Below are positions 10,065 to 20,784 of a DNA stretch of 64,000 nt, piece by piece. Below the pieces are notes generated by a model. It saw nothing but the letters and a program-made list of their open reading frames with translations, made no database searches and was not told the DNA's origin. Source of the stretch: a virus; the IMG/VR virus record IMGVR_UViG_3300025010_000048, positions 1-64,000 of that record. One strand, 5' to 3'. The position numbers were made by a program, and so were the translations under genes. Position 1 is the first letter of the stretch, and each line of letters begins with the position of its first letter.

Positions 10065-10763
10065 CTATGCATTATAGATGTGCTTGCGGATAACAACATC
10101 CATCATTAAATCGGCAGGGTAAATATTTACTACCAACAATGGACCTGCTTCGTTGGCGATAGTAGCGTTTGCATCAATGGTATTTTCATCTTTCAGGTCA
10201 ACACCAAAACTGCCAATATTAATAACGTCACCGGAACCTCCAGCACCAAGCAGAATATACTTACTCGCGGTTGTCGGAGCAGTCGGAAATGGTTCTTCAA
10301 CGGTCAGTGTGTCGCTTGAACCCGTGTAATCCTTTACTGTGCGAATACTTCCTGCTGCCGGACCTTCGTAAATATACAGCAATGCACCATTCCAATCATC
10401 ATCAGATGATGTACTTAATGCAGTGTCAACCAAAGTAGTAGTTGTCCCGCCAGTTGCTGTAGCGTCCCTATGGTCAGCAAAAGAGCAGCGATAGACAATA
10501 AATGGATTATCATATACCCTACCGTAAGTTGTTGTCGCTGCCGGATTGTCTGCTGCTGCAATAGTCTCAGCCATTACGCCAAGTACATTAGTCGCGTTTG
10601 CTGCCGCTTTAGCAACCCTATTGGCAGTCAATACAACCATGTCGCCTGCGCTAAAAGCAACGCCGGGAGTTAATTCATAATCGACTGCGTTATCTACAGT
10701 CCCGCCAAGTTTGTTATATTTAGGTTCAAACCCATTTGTAGTTCTAGATGCAGTTAAAGCCAT
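10065..10763 (-). CDS. capsid decoration/cement protein
   Basis: Between scaffold and capsid genes; GDMV.L....KA......LGV motif. Confidence 0.65.
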   Translation of the reverse strand: MALTASRTTNGFEPKYNKLGGTVDNAVDYELTPGVAFSAGDMVVLTANRVAKAAANATNVLGVMAETIAAADNPAATTTYGRVYDNPFIVYRCSFADHRDATATGGTTTTLVDTALSTSSDDDWNGALLYIYEGPAAGSIRTVKDYTGSSDTLTVEEPFPTAPTTASKYILLGAGGSGDVINIGSFGVDLKDENTIDANATIANEAGPLLVVNIYPADLMMDVVIRKHIYNA

Positions 10764-10772
10764 TTTCTCAAC

Positions 10773-11753
10773 CTACCTTCTTTTCTTAGATTTTTTCGTT
10801 ATACCGGAGGCAAAATCTTTTTCGGACATATCTAGCCTTGCGGCGAAATGTTTTTGCAGCGGAGTTAAATCAACCTGCTCGGATTTACTTCCTACCGGCA
10901 GGTTAGCATCTTCAACCCTAAGTTTTTGGCGACCTTTAATATTGGCAAGCGTCTTTTGTTCGGCGGCAGTTTTTACTGATTTCCTTAATTCTCCAGATGT
11001 AAACTTTTCACCGATAACAAACTTCATAGCAGTTTCAAAATCAATGGCGGCACCATTTTGACTTACCGCATCAATCTCGGCAGCGTACATAATAGCATAT
11101 GGTCTAATTTGAGGATTACTATTTAATACCGCCTGCCTTTGCCTTTCGTAGTCAGTTGACTTTCCGGTAAATTCAATCTGTTGTTTTGCGCTAATCAGTT
11201 CTTGTTCAAGTCGGGCAATTCTCTGCTCCTTCTTAATTTCTTCCGAAGCAAGTTTCTTTGCCTTTGTTTCATCAAAACCAAGTGCAGCGAAATATTCCTC
11301 TTTCTCCGTCTGCTGTTCTATCCAATAGGTTTTTGCCTCTGCCTCTACCTGCGCCTGACGTTTCTCTGCCTGCTTATCAGCTTCAATTTTTGCTCTCTCA
11401 CGGGAAAGTCTATCCGCTAATACCCGGTCAATTTCTGTCTGCATTTCTGCTTTCGTGTATGTTTTTTCTTTAACGGTAGGTTCTTTTTTTAATTCCGGTT
11501 CTTGTTCAACTTCTTCTTCCCTTAAGTCCTCGTCCCCACCGGAAAAATCGTCGCTTACCTCATCGTCAGTTGGCAACTCAACGAGTTCAACGTCCTTATC
11601 GCCGTCTTTGTCTGGAATATTTGGATCGTCAATTTCGGTATCATCAACAAAACCACCGCCAGAAAAACCACCATCCGTTACCATTAAAGCGCGATTGAAT
11701 CTGCCTAAGAATTTATCTTCTGCCGCATTAATTCCTAATAAGTCTTTAAACAT
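10773..11753 (-). CDS. capsid scaffolding protein
   Basis: Acidic N-terminus, KTYTKAEM...RLSRER coiled coil, C-terminal LTP.Q...A....MSEKDF. Confidence 0.8.
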   Translation of the reverse strand: MFKDLLGINAAEDKFLGRFNRALMVTDGGFSGGGFVDDTEIDDPNIPDKDGDKDVELVELPTDDEVSDDFSGGDEDLREEEVEQEPELKKEPTVKEKTYTKAEMQTEIDRVLADRLSRERAKIEADKQAEKRQAQVEAEAKTYWIEQQTEKEEYFAALGFDETKAKKLASEEIKKEQRIARLEQELISAKQQIEFTGKSTDYERQRQAVLNSNPQIRPYAIMYAAEIDAVSQNGAAIDFETAMKFVIGEKFTSGELRKSVKTAAEQKTLANIKGRQKLRVEDANLPVGSKSEQVDLTPLQKHFAARLDMSEKDFASGITKKSKKRR

Positions 11754-11790
11754 AATTTGCCTCCCGTTTTAAACCCGTCGGTTATAATAT

Positions 11791-11870
11791 CCTTGCACAG
11801 TTTAAAGTCTTGTGCATGTTTTGGACTGTTCCTTGCGGTTTTTAACGTCTACAGCACGTTTCAGACATTT
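11791..11870 (-). promoter_or_regulatory. two tandem 40-nt H-type pseudoknot units in the scaffold 5' leader
   Basis: Units 11831-11870 and 11791-11830: GUCU/AGAC + UGCUGU/ACCGCA and AGUC/GACU + UGCACA/UGUGCA. Confidence 0.65.
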
Positions 11871-11873
11871 ATG

Positions 11874-13874
11874 CTATACATCTTGTTGTATTAATAATTG
11901 CAGTTCTGACATCATTTGTTCTGGCGGTAGGGACATTAGGTATTCCCTAATCTCCGGAGGCAATTGAGATAAAATTTGTTCTATCTCGTTACCTTGTTGT
12001 GAAACTTCTTCCTGCTCAGGAGGTTGTTCTCCAGGAACAGAACTTCTTTTCATTGCTTCCTGCTCCATTTCCATCCGTTGCTGTTCTTCCTTCTGCTTAT
12101 TCATTCTCTCCATAATTTCGGGTATGGGAGGGAACTTGCCGTATTCCATAACATAGAAGAAAGTTTCCGGATCAATGACACTTGCTACCAATAAATCCTT
12201 AGCTATTTCCATATGATACATGCGGTCACTCGGTATTACCGATGAAACTTTACAGTAACAATCAAAGTCAGGGAAGTATTCCTCAAAATCCTTTTGGTAG
12301 GTATTGGCATCTAACATCCTGCCGTCCGGCATTATTGTTTCTCCGGTATTTAACTTTCCTACCTCATTAAAAGGCATGGTTATGCCGTTTTCTTTGTCGT
12401 AAACCTTTTTCATTTCATCAGCATTGAAGGTGTTATACTTATAACCTTCTTTGTCGTTCTTGCCATTAATCCGGTAAGTTCTTTGCTCTGTGTAAAACTT
12501 GCCGATTAGGCGGTTAGTAAATTGACCGGCATCCTCATAGGAAGAATTAATTTCCTGCTCTGCTGTCCTTAACCTTATCTTAGCTTGGGAAACTAGCTCG
12601 GCAATTGCCTTAAATGCGGTTACGCTGCCGGGAGTTCTGCCTTGACTTACATCAAAACGACCTATCATGCCCTCCATAGAGGACTGTAAACGCCCCATTT
12701 CCTGTATTAGACTGCCGGGAATAGGTTGTCCATGCTCTCGCTTAACCCCTTGAATATCGGCAACCGGGAACCACATGCCGGGGGCAGTACCACGTTCCTC
12801 AATTAACCTCTTTTGTCTAGGAGTAAGCGACCTTTCATCATACCAGGTTTGCCCAATGGCCCCGTGAATATGACCTTCAAGTATAATCTCAGCAGTCTTA
12901 TTCCTAACAATTTGCGGATTCTTAAGATAGAACGCATCGCCAAATCCCCAAACGCTATTTTCTCTTGGGTATCTCTGCCGCACAAAAAACGGAAATACCG
13001 GAGTTTCTCCGGGGTCGAAGTACATATAGTTACTGTGTCTAAGATAAACTCCTTGATGTTCTCCTGCCCATAAAATAACGTGTAAACCTATTCCCTGGTC
13101 TTGTTCTCCTGGTGCTAAAATCATCGGTTTGCCAATATACCATGTTTCAATAACGGGAACCTGTTCTTGGTTATATGAGCGACTAAAACCTTCGGTATCA
13201 AGTTGGTCAGTATCCAGCAAATCATCGTCGTGCAACCCTTGTTCTTGAACCAACTTTGCCCTATCGGGGAAGTTCTCTTGTATATACTCCATTGTGCGCC
13301 ATACGGGTTTATGGCAACGATTTCCCTCATTTATATCCTCCCGACAACGTGCATCAGGCACTAGGCATAACGGGTGCAATGCTTTCCAGCGAATATCGCC
13401 TTCCCATCTGTTCGGACCTTTGCCACCTCGCCAATTAGAGTCCCAATAGATATGCCAAATACCTGTGCCGTACAGAAAAAACCACCGAAGAAACTTAATT
13501 CTCTCGGAGGTTAGTTTGTTCTTATAGAATAAGAATTTTTTAAGGTCGGTCATAATATTAGATTTTTCTTCGTCACCCGGTTCAACGCCCTGGTCTATTA
13601 ACTCTATCTCGTTAGCAAACTCGGCTACCGTACCTTCTATTAGAGAAAAGGTAATATTCTCAACGCTGTTCGGTCTATTCTGTTGCTGTGCCTCGGTTCT
13701 TAGCGGATTACCATTCGGACCAAGTAAGTCCCAATGCCTAGAAGTATAGAGTTTATACATTTCCCGCATTTCATCGACATAAAATTGCCTTGCCGCTTTA
13801 TCATCGTCATACCAATCCATACAAATTCTAACGGCATCACTTTCTGCCTGTGAATTTCCTCTTACGTTTTCCAT
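11874..13874 (-). CDS. portal protein (P22-like podovirus type)
   Basis: 666 aa; YGTGI...W, QGR.PGSVTA..AI..L motifs; Q/E-rich C-terminal barrel. Confidence 0.88.
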   Translation of the reverse strand: MENVRGNSQAESDAVRICMDWYDDDKAARQFYVDEMREMYKLYTSRHWDLLGPNGNPLRTEAQQQNRPNSVENITFSLIEGTVAEFANEIELIDQGVEPGDEEKSNIMTDLKKFLFYKNKLTSERIKFLRWFFLYGTGIWHIYWDSNWRGGKGPNRWEGDIRWKALHPLCLVPDARCREDINEGNRCHKPVWRTMEYIQENFPDRAKLVQEQGLHDDDLLDTDQLDTEGFSRSYNQEQVPVIETWYIGKPMILAPGEQDQGIGLHVILWAGEHQGVYLRHSNYMYFDPGETPVFPFFVRQRYPRENSVWGFGDAFYLKNPQIVRNKTAEIILEGHIHGAIGQTWYDERSLTPRQKRLIEERGTAPGMWFPVADIQGVKREHGQPIPGSLIQEMGRLQSSMEGMIGRFDVSQGRTPGSVTAFKAIAELVSQAKIRLRTAEQEINSSYEDAGQFTNRLIGKFYTEQRTYRINGKNDKEGYKYNTFNADEMKKVYDKENGITMPFNEVGKLNTGETIMPDGRMLDANTYQKDFEEYFPDFDCYCKVSSVIPSDRMYHMEIAKDLLVASVIDPETFFYVMEYGKFPPIPEIMERMNKQKEEQQRMEMEQEAMKRSSVPGEQPPEQEEVSQQGNEIEQILSQLPPEIREYLMSLPPEQMMSELQLLIQQDV

Positions 13875-13893
13875 AGTTCACCACCTTTTAGGC

Positions 13894-13958
13894 ATAAAAA
13901 ATAGAGGTAGAGTATAAGACAATGCCAATAATGACACTTTCCTACACCCTACCTCTAT
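13894..13958 (-). terminator. long intrinsic terminator/attenuator directly upstream of portal
   Basis: ATAGAGGTAGGGTGTAGGA...TCTTATACTCTACCTCTAT followed by TTTTT. Confidence 0.8.
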
Positions 13959-13984
13959 CGTTCTCGATTCGAGATATTGGTTAT

Positions 13985-14422
13985 TTAGTTATCGTCTAAA
14001 TCATCACATAGTGTTGCGTAGAAGTTTTGGACTGCTTTTATTGTACGATCATTGCGCTCTGCCCGTTCTTCTGGAGTATATTGCTTCCTTGGAGGATAAG
14101 CGTCTATATGCCATTTTTGAGCATAATACCAAGCATAGAAATCATTATAACCCCATACAGTAATAGCTTTTTCGCACTCACTAAATAATCCGTTTTCTTC
14201 CCAAACATTTTCTTCCGCATAACCTGTTTCAATGTTCTTGAAGGGATAGTTACTACCCTCGTATTTAGCCTCTAAGTCTGCCTCATGCTCAGAATAGACT
14301 AAAACACTATGCCCCTCATGCTCTTTTAGGAGAGTAGGCATCATGCGGATAGTGGTTGTATCCTTGCCAATATCATAATATTTCTTGCAGTCCTCACACA
14401 CAAAAGTATATTCAGTTCCCAC
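13985..14422 (-). CDS. hypothetical CxxC...HEGH zinc-binding protein (paralog of 20260-20703)
   Basis: F.C.DCKK.Y..G and EHEGH shared by both. Confidence 0.6.
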   Translation of the reverse strand: MGTEYTFVCEDCKKYYDIGKDTTTIRMMPTLLKEHEGHSVLVYSEHEADLEAKYEGSNYPFKNIETGYAEENVWEENGLFSECEKAITVWGYNDFYAWYYAQKWHIDAYPPRKQYTPEERAERNDRTIKAVQNFYATLCDDLDDN

Positions 14423-14439
14423 AATAACACCGTCCTCGG

Positions 14440-14724
14440 TTATTTAGTTTCCTTCTCATACCTGTCAATCCAAGGTTTTAATTCTTTATGGAATTCTGAT
14501 GGCAATAAAAAATCATTCAGTACCAGTTCGCCAATAAATAAAATCTTATCTTCTGTACAGTTTTTATGTAGCCAATCATAGAATTTTACACGTTTTTCAT
14601 GTATTACTGCTTGCCTACGCATATATTCATCGCGTCTATCAAGACTTTTTGAAAAACTTTCCCTAAACTTATCAAAAGCATCAACAGTTAATTCTACTGT
14701 CTGTGTGTTCGAATGGTTTTGCAC
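14440..14724 (-). CDS. hypothetical protein
   Basis: ORF preceded by an AGGA-loop hairpin/RBS. Confidence 0.55.
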   Translation of the reverse strand: MQNHSNTQTVELTVDAFDKFRESFSKSLDRRDEYMRRQAVIHEKRVKFYDWLHKNCTEDKILFIGELVLNDFLLPSEFHKELKPWIDRYEKETK

Positions 14725-14744
14725 TATGTCACCGTCCTCGGTTA

Positions 14745-14858
14745 TTATTTCTTCTTCCCGTAACCCATACCCTTTCCCATTTCTTTCTTTTCGGACTTAG
14801 GCATCGACATACCTTTACCCATGCCCTTCATACCTTTACCGCCCTTACAACCTGCCAT
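14745..14858 (-). CDS. 37-aa Gly/Lys/Met-rich basic peptide
   Basis: MAGCKGGKGMKGMGKGMSMPKSEKKEMGKGMGYGKKK with GGAGGTG RBS; below the ORF-track cutoff. Confidence 0.6.
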   Translation of the reverse strand: MAGCKGGKGMKGMGKGMSMPKSEKKEMGKGMGYGKKK

Positions 14859-14870
14859 TGTTACCACCTC

Positions 14871-15005
14871 CTAATCTAATTTAATATCCTTAGTAGGACT
14901 TATCATAACTACCCTGCCGCCCTTTGCTTTGACGGTAAGTGTTCCCCATCCTCCAAGGTTGCGTAGTTCTAAAATGACTTTCTTTTCTGCATCAGTTAGT
15001 TGCAT
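14871..15005 (-). CDS. DUF2292/YezD-like small protein (44 aa)
   Basis: ILELRNLGGWGTLTVKAKGGRVVMISPTKDIKL fits the G...I....G.VV.I....K pattern; GGAGG RBS. Confidence 0.6.
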   Translation of the reverse strand: MQLTDAEKKVILELRNLGGWGTLTVKAKGGRVVMISPTKDIKLD

Positions 15006-15172
15006 CGTTTACCTCCATAAACCCTTTCTGCTTCTTTGCCGGAAAGGATATAACTTTCTCCTTTAACCATACTCCTATATTCAAAACTACCATTCCACTC
15101 TTGAATTTCCTCTGCCGTTGCTAATTGTATGCTTTTTATTTTAGCCACTTTTATTACCTCCGGTTATCCGTT

Positions 15173-17185
15173 TTAGTTATTGCATTCAGGCATATCACAA
15201 ATAAACATCACATGATTAATAGGTACTCTTACGGTATCGCTAAACATAAGTTCGTTAGTTGTTAAAACAACAGCATCACTAATAATATAGCAACCGTCCT
15301 TTTCCTTATATTCTCCGGTGTAGTATATTTTATATTCACCCAATAAAAACATAATTTTTATTTTTAATTTTGGATTATGACTAACAGAAATCCATTGTAT
15401 ATTATTAAGACTAAGCATTAAGTCACGTTCTCTTAATGCCTGTCTAATTGTTAATTCGCTCATTTAAGGTTCTCCTTATCTATACTTTGTTTCCTCAACA
15501 ACAAACCTATTCCCCCGCTTCCTGCCGATAACCATTATCTTAATCAACTTATCATCCGCTAAATATCCCAATTCCTTTGGGCAGATAGATAACGGTATTG
15601 ATATAGAGTTGTCAGACTCTTCTTCTGTTTCCGGTTCTTCGGCAACGTCCGGCACTTCAATAAATTCTTCATCGTTGATAGTTTCGCTTATGTGACTGTC
15701 CTTGCCTGCCTCTTTCTTACATAGTCGGCAATGAAGGAGAAACTTACTTACGCTATCGAAATCAGTTTCCGGTTTTCCGCATACCTTACACTTTCTCACG
15801 AATAAAACCCCTTTTCTTCCTCTCTTGCGTTGCGTTCCTCGGCAGTTTCTACCTGTTTTACATCGTCCTCATGCGTACCTTCGGGGTATTCAAGGGGAAT
15901 GTCAACGCCCTCTAGGGATAGGACTGCTCGCATAAGTTTAAGTTGTGTATCGACAAGAGTTTTGATTGTGTCGGCATCCACTTCGGTAGGGTCATTAATA
16001 AACGATATTTTACCAACTTCATTGCTCATGTCGGTAATGTTCAAGAAAGGGAAAGTAGCTAAAGAAACAACAACTTGATGTAAAGCATCAATCTGATCGT
16101 CAAGTACCTTTTTATATTTAAGAATATCTACCATTATAGGTTCTCCCTTCAATCAGAAAATCAACTCCATACCTAGGTACATAGTATTTTTCAAACATAT
16201 TCTTATCTTTTAACCAGATAACTTCTTCCGGTCTAGTAGGTTTTTTGTAAAAACCAACAAATTCTTCATATTCTTCTGGAGTTATACTAGAATCGTTATA
16301 TCCACACTGTATACGAGTAATTAAATAAGACCAATCATCGCAATCAATAACTGGGCCAATATTACCCGAAGTAACACGCCTAACAAATACTCTCTTTCCT
16401 AAAGATTTTTGATATTCAATTTCATCTATAACCATTTTTATGTGAGCAGGAACTAGTTCATCTACATGGTAAACCATTTTTAACTTATCAAGAGTTCTGT
16501 ACTTTCTTCCTGGTTTCCATAATGCTGTTATCATTTTTATAGCATTTTCACATCCAAGAGCAACATCCAGTACGTGAGATTGCGGCATTGATAATAAATA
16601 ATTCCTAAATTCTTGCAATGTTTTCATTTGAGTTTTCTCCTTCTGGATTATTGAATATAATCGTACTTATATCTTGTGGATTAGACATATCTATACCAAC
16701 AAAATATTGTGATATGCGATAAATAGCATCAATTAGAGTCTGCATCTTTTTCACTTTCTCTAATGCGCTATTACAATCACCGAGGTCAATTCCTCGTACT
16801 TGCTTACCTAATGGTGCTTCTCCATTAAGTTCTCCGTCAGCACCATAAAATTTTACGACCATTGTTATTTGAGAAACCTTTTCCGCATTTTCAAATACAT
16901 GATCCATTATAGGTTATCCCTTATAGAAGTATTAGATTTTTCTTCTAAACCTTCAATTTTTTGAAATGTTATTGAACTGTACTCAATCCCGATTAACTCC
17001 TGCATTTTCCAATAAACAGCCCTTGTGATTTCTTGAATTGCTTTTACTTTCTCCTGTAAATTTTTGTAATTACTTAATCTCATTCCTTTTACATATGTTT
17101 TTAATGGTACTTCTTCTCCTGTCTTATCGTCAAAGGTATAAGTAGATACCTTTGCACCTATACAAACAATACTGTCATCTTGCAT
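15173..17185 (-). CDS. run of six hypothetical genes (15173-15463, 15476-15799, 15796-16152, 16118-16627, 16605-16907, 16907-17185)
   Basis: Tightly packed co-oriented ORFs; the last two resemble each other (V.G..L......EKVK..Q....A.Y......GI). Confidence 0.6.
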
Positions 17186-17209
17186 ATTTTAAGTCCTCCC
17201 TTTTTAATG

Positions 17210-18856
17210 TTACATTCCGTAGAATCCCGGTAATCCTTCTTGTTCCTCATCGTCCTCATCTTCTGCCCATTGTTCCATTGACTGAGCATTCAACCTTCTG
17301 CCCTTATCTTGACCAGGGAGAAAGGGAATGCTGTCGTTATTCTTAAAGGCAGTAGTCATATGAATATGTACTCCGATAGCACACATTATAATTACATCAT
17401 CATGCTGCCCACCCCTTGCCGCTTCTTTTCCGTTTGGGTGTCGGACAAAATTCATCGCTTCATCAACAAAGCGTTTCCAATAACACTCGAATACTCCTTC
17501 ACGCACAACCTTTTTAATGGCATCAACGATTAACGGACGAGTCTTAGGAGTTGTATACCATCCTAGCTTCTGCCTTGTTTGGTCGCTGCGCTTATCGTAA
17601 ACTTGCGTTCTGTATATATCATAGTAAACACGTTTAAGGTGACTGATTGTAGTTAGACCATGATTATTGCCCTCCGGTACTAGCATAGGCAGACCGTAGT
17701 ATACGGCTAGTCTGTGCATATAGTCGGCTAAAACGTCCGGTTCAACGTGTCCATGATAGACAGCATCTAACCTTAATCTATGCCGGTTAACAACGCCCAC
17801 AGCATCGAAGTCGCCATGCTCTAAACCTTCGGCAACGTCAGCAGGTATTAGATATTCCGCGCCCTTCTCAGGATGGAACCATATCTCGTATTCGCCCTTT
17901 TCTTCGGGTTGCCAATAGACTTGTACCTTTGCCGGACTTGTCCATATGAGGTTTCCACGCTCGCCGGGATAGCAGTTCTTCTGCATTTCAGCTATTCTGC
18001 CGATATTAAAAGAACATTTACCGGGCATAATAAAACGCCCATATTTCCGCGCTTCTAACTCCGCCTCATCCATAGACGCTTCAAGGCGTTTCTTTTCATT
18101 TGCTGATAAATAAGGGTTATCGTTCCATTCAACCATTATCAAGAATATTTCATCGTCACGTTTTTCAATAGGTTTCGAGTCATTAAGATAGATGTCGTTA
18201 TATACCCATGTCATACCTTGTAGCGGAGTCATTGTTCCAAATAAATCACCCTCGGTATCCATAAGGCGCATCATTATTTCCGTGTATATATCCTTGGGAC
18301 TTTCTTCGTCAAGCCACGCCCAATGCTGAGATGAACCTTGAAACTTCTCTCTGCCTTGGTCGTAGGACTTAAATCCGATAATCCCACCCCCGACAAGGCG
18401 TATAGTGTCGATAATGCCTGTACTGCGGTAGGTTATCTTTTTAATCTCCCTTAATGGCAATAATCCAGGTATTCCGGTTTCAACATCACCCAATATTTTC
18501 TTTTGAGTAACGTCCCTTTGTACCTCGAAGGATACTGAACATACCCAACCACGGGTAGGTTTTCCGCCAAAACGAGTTATCAGAGGTTCGTACTTCTCTC
18601 TTAAATCATCCGGCCAATCTATAAGATAAGGGCGTATTCTCTCACCTAATGCAAGGAATACTGCCCTAATTGCGCCAGATTCCGTTTTTCCTGTACGATT
18701 CCCACCCAGTATCCAGCTATTCCTTTTATTGGATAATAGAAACTTTTCTTGCTTATCGTAGGGCCGGATAAAACGAATATGTTCTTCTTTTTGCCGCCGT
18801 TCTAGTTCATTAATAAACCGTAACGCTTCTTTTTCCTTTGCTGTTAGTTTTGCCAT
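17210..18856 (-). CDS. terL: terminase large subunit
   Basis: Walker A GGNRTGKT, Walker B WLDEE, TMTP coupling motif, nuclease ADVAEG...HDD. Confidence 0.95.
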   Translation of the reverse strand: MAKLTAKEKEALRFINELERRQKEEHIRFIRPYDKQEKFLLSNKRNSWILGGNRTGKTESGAIRAVFLALGERIRPYLIDWPDDLREKYEPLITRFGGKPTRGWVCSVSFEVQRDVTQKKILGDVETGIPGLLPLREIKKITYRSTGIIDTIRLVGGGIIGFKSYDQGREKFQGSSQHWAWLDEESPKDIYTEIMMRLMDTEGDLFGTMTPLQGMTWVYNDIYLNDSKPIEKRDDEIFLIMVEWNDNPYLSANEKKRLEASMDEAELEARKYGRFIMPGKCSFNIGRIAEMQKNCYPGERGNLIWTSPAKVQVYWQPEEKGEYEIWFHPEKGAEYLIPADVAEGLEHGDFDAVGVVNRHRLRLDAVYHGHVEPDVLADYMHRLAVYYGLPMLVPEGNNHGLTTISHLKRVYYDIYRTQVYDKRSDQTRQKLGWYTTPKTRPLIVDAIKKVVREGVFECYWKRFVDEAMNFVRHPNGKEAARGGQHDDVIIMCAIGVHIHMTTAFKNNDSIPFLPGQDKGRRLNAQSMEQWAEDEDDEEQEGLPGFYGM

Positions 18857-18871
18857 GTTGTCACCTAAACG

Positions 18872-19600
18872 CTATGCAGTAGCCAACGTACCTTCCAACT
18901 GAACCATAAACGCCGGTGGGTTAGCATTTGTGCCGTTAGTAATAGAAAACTTAACTATCTCACCTGCCGCCAATATCTTGTAGGTTGCGGATAATGCGCC
19001 TAAACTTGCCGCCGTACCGGATGCCGGAAACGCTGTTCCAGTATTGTATGTTTTGGTAACGATAGCACTTGAACCATTCTTAACCACGACAACGCAGGTA
19101 TTAGAATCGTCAATACCTGCCGGTGCGCCCTGAGATAGTACTTTAATGTCGGTTAATGTTAGTGCGTAACCAGTAGGTATTACCAGTAGTGGTCTATCTG
19201 CTATGTCTGCATCTGCTGATAAATCCTCAATTTGATAGGAGAATATTTTAGCATTAGCAGCGTTTAGTTGCGCTGCGGTTATAGTGGAACTTGCTAGTTT
19301 ATTTAACTCTGCAGCGGTTGCTGTAACCGAAGTTCCTGCAGCTGCACCTAGTTTTAAGTCTGCTACTGCCAATACATCTACGTTTTTATTGGTTCCTAAA
19401 ACGAGTGCCTTACCTGCTACCGCTGTACCGGCAACTGATGTGTCGATTAAATTAAGTTCTGCTGCCGATGCGGTTACTGCTGTACCGGATTGATATAGCA
19501 CACCTGTTGGACCTGCTACCTGTACCTCTGCACCTTCTGGACCGGCGAATAATCCTTCTTCGCCGGATGGTTTGCCGATGTGTGTATATTCTTTTGCCAT
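18872..19600 (-). CDS. putative head fibre/cement structural protein
   Basis: Repeated T.VTA.AAELN.L motif plus C-terminal beta domain. Confidence 0.55.
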   Translation of the reverse strand: MAKEYTHIGKPSGEEGLFAGPEGAEVQVAGPTGVLYQSGTAVTASAAELNLIDTSVAGTAVAGKALVLGTNKNVDVLAVADLKLGAAAGTSVTATAAELNKLASSTITAAQLNAANAKIFSYQIEDLSADADIADRPLLVIPTGYALTLTDIKVLSQGAPAGIDDSNTCVVVVKNGSSAIVTKTYNTGTAFPASGTAASLGALSATYKILAAGEIVKFSITNGTNANPPAFMVQLEGTLATA

Positions 19601-19613
19601 TGATTGTTCCTCC

Positions 19614-19949
19614 TTAGAATGTTAATTTATTATCCTTAAGTACCTGATATAATCCTGCTTCGAGTGCCGTTATTTGCCGATGTTCTAAATTAATTTCAAG
19701 ACTTTGATTAATTGCCTCAATTATCTCATGCAGAAAAGTTGATTCAATCTGACTTTGAGTTTTATTTTTATTTACTCGGATAGTATTGGTGTTTGGATTC
19801 ATGCTACCATAATTGCTTGTTTCGTTATCGTCAAGCATAATGACTTTGAAATCATGCCCAAGGATTTTAAGGCTATTTGGTATTTTAGGGCCAATCCATT
19901 CACATGCCAATCCTTCCGGAAATTTATGCTCAGAGCAATTCATGCACAT
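19614..19949 (-). CDS. zincin-like metallopeptidase-family phage protein
   Basis: STFLHEIIEAI (HExxE variant) motif. Confidence 0.55.
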   Translation of the reverse strand: MCMNCSEHKFPEGLACEWIGPKIPNSLKILGHDFKVIMLDDNETSNYGSMNPNTNTIRVNKNKTQSQIESTFLHEIIEAINQSLEINLEHRQITALEAGLYQVLKDNKLTF

Positions 19950-19976
19950 TCTTTACACCGTCCTCGGTATTTTTAT

Positions 19977-20243
19977 TTAACAGTCCCATTTATCCAGGGC
20001 TAATTTCTTCCTCGTTGGTCTGCCCTTTTCATCCTTCATAGGTCCCGGCATACCACCCATACGAGCACAGAAGGACTTTCTTCTTGCCGCTGATTTAGGT
20101 GATTTTTTAGCTTGTTCCTTAGATACGGGAGGTTTAAGATTACTGCCGGGGTTTTCTTTTTCGTAGGACTTACGACCTTTCTCTGTTAATCCTCCAGTTT
20201 TACTTTTCCCTTCTGCCCTAGTCCAAGCAGGAGTTTTAGGCAT
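19977..20243 (-). CDS. DUF6321-like basic protein
   Basis: GGLT.KGR..Y...NLKPP...RRKSFCARM.G...AL.KW.C. Confidence 0.75.
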   Translation of the reverse strand: MPKTPAWTRAEGKSKTGGLTEKGRKSYEKENPGSNLKPPVSKEQAKKSPKSAARRKSFCARMGGMPGPMKDEKGRPTRKKLALDKWDC

Positions 20244-20259
20244 ATTGTCACCACCTGTT

Positions 20260-20703
20260 TTAGTCTATAAATTTAGGTATCAATAAACCACTTTCCGTTT
20301 CCTCTACATATATATCTATATCATTTACAACATCATCAACGGTAACAGACTTAGTTATCTTTGGACTACTATCACAACTTGTATCAGACTCCATATTGAT
20401 ATACTCGTATTCGGAGAATCCTTCGCACAATAATTCATCTTGCCTACCATATACTCCATCTACATATAGATTGCCGTTACTCTCCGAACAATGATCATCT
20501 GACCATGCAAACCAATCATGTCCTTCATGTTCAATAAGACATTTATGGAAATTTTGATTCTTAGACAAACTCTTGTTTTCACCATCTAAGGCATCGTATT
20601 CTTTAATTGTTCCTACATGATCAAGCCAACTTAAATATGAACCATATCCAAGATAATAAGTCTTTTTGCAGTCAACACAGGTGAAATTTCCACTCCTACC
20701 CAT
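20260..20703 (-). CDS. hypothetical CxxC...HEGH protein
   Basis: Paralog of 13985-14422. Confidence 0.6.
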   Translation of the reverse strand: MGRSGNFTCVDCKKTYYLGYGSYLSWLDHVGTIKEYDALDGENKSLSKNQNFHKCLIEHEGHDWFAWSDDHCSESNGNLYVDGVYGRQDELLCEGFSEYEYINMESDTSCDSSPKITKSVTVDDVVNDIDIYVEETESGLLIPKFID

Positions 20704-20784
20704 ACACTACACCCCTGTTCTCAGTGGTCTCGGAATTTATAGAGAAATTTTTAAAAATTTTAGGTTGCCGGAAAAATGGTTTTT

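Noticed and set aside
78-13438. Plus-strand ORFs opposite the structural genes (e.g. 8265-8756, 9244-9579, 11455-11772)
   Set aside because: Antisense shadows of real genes, without RBS or recognisable motifs
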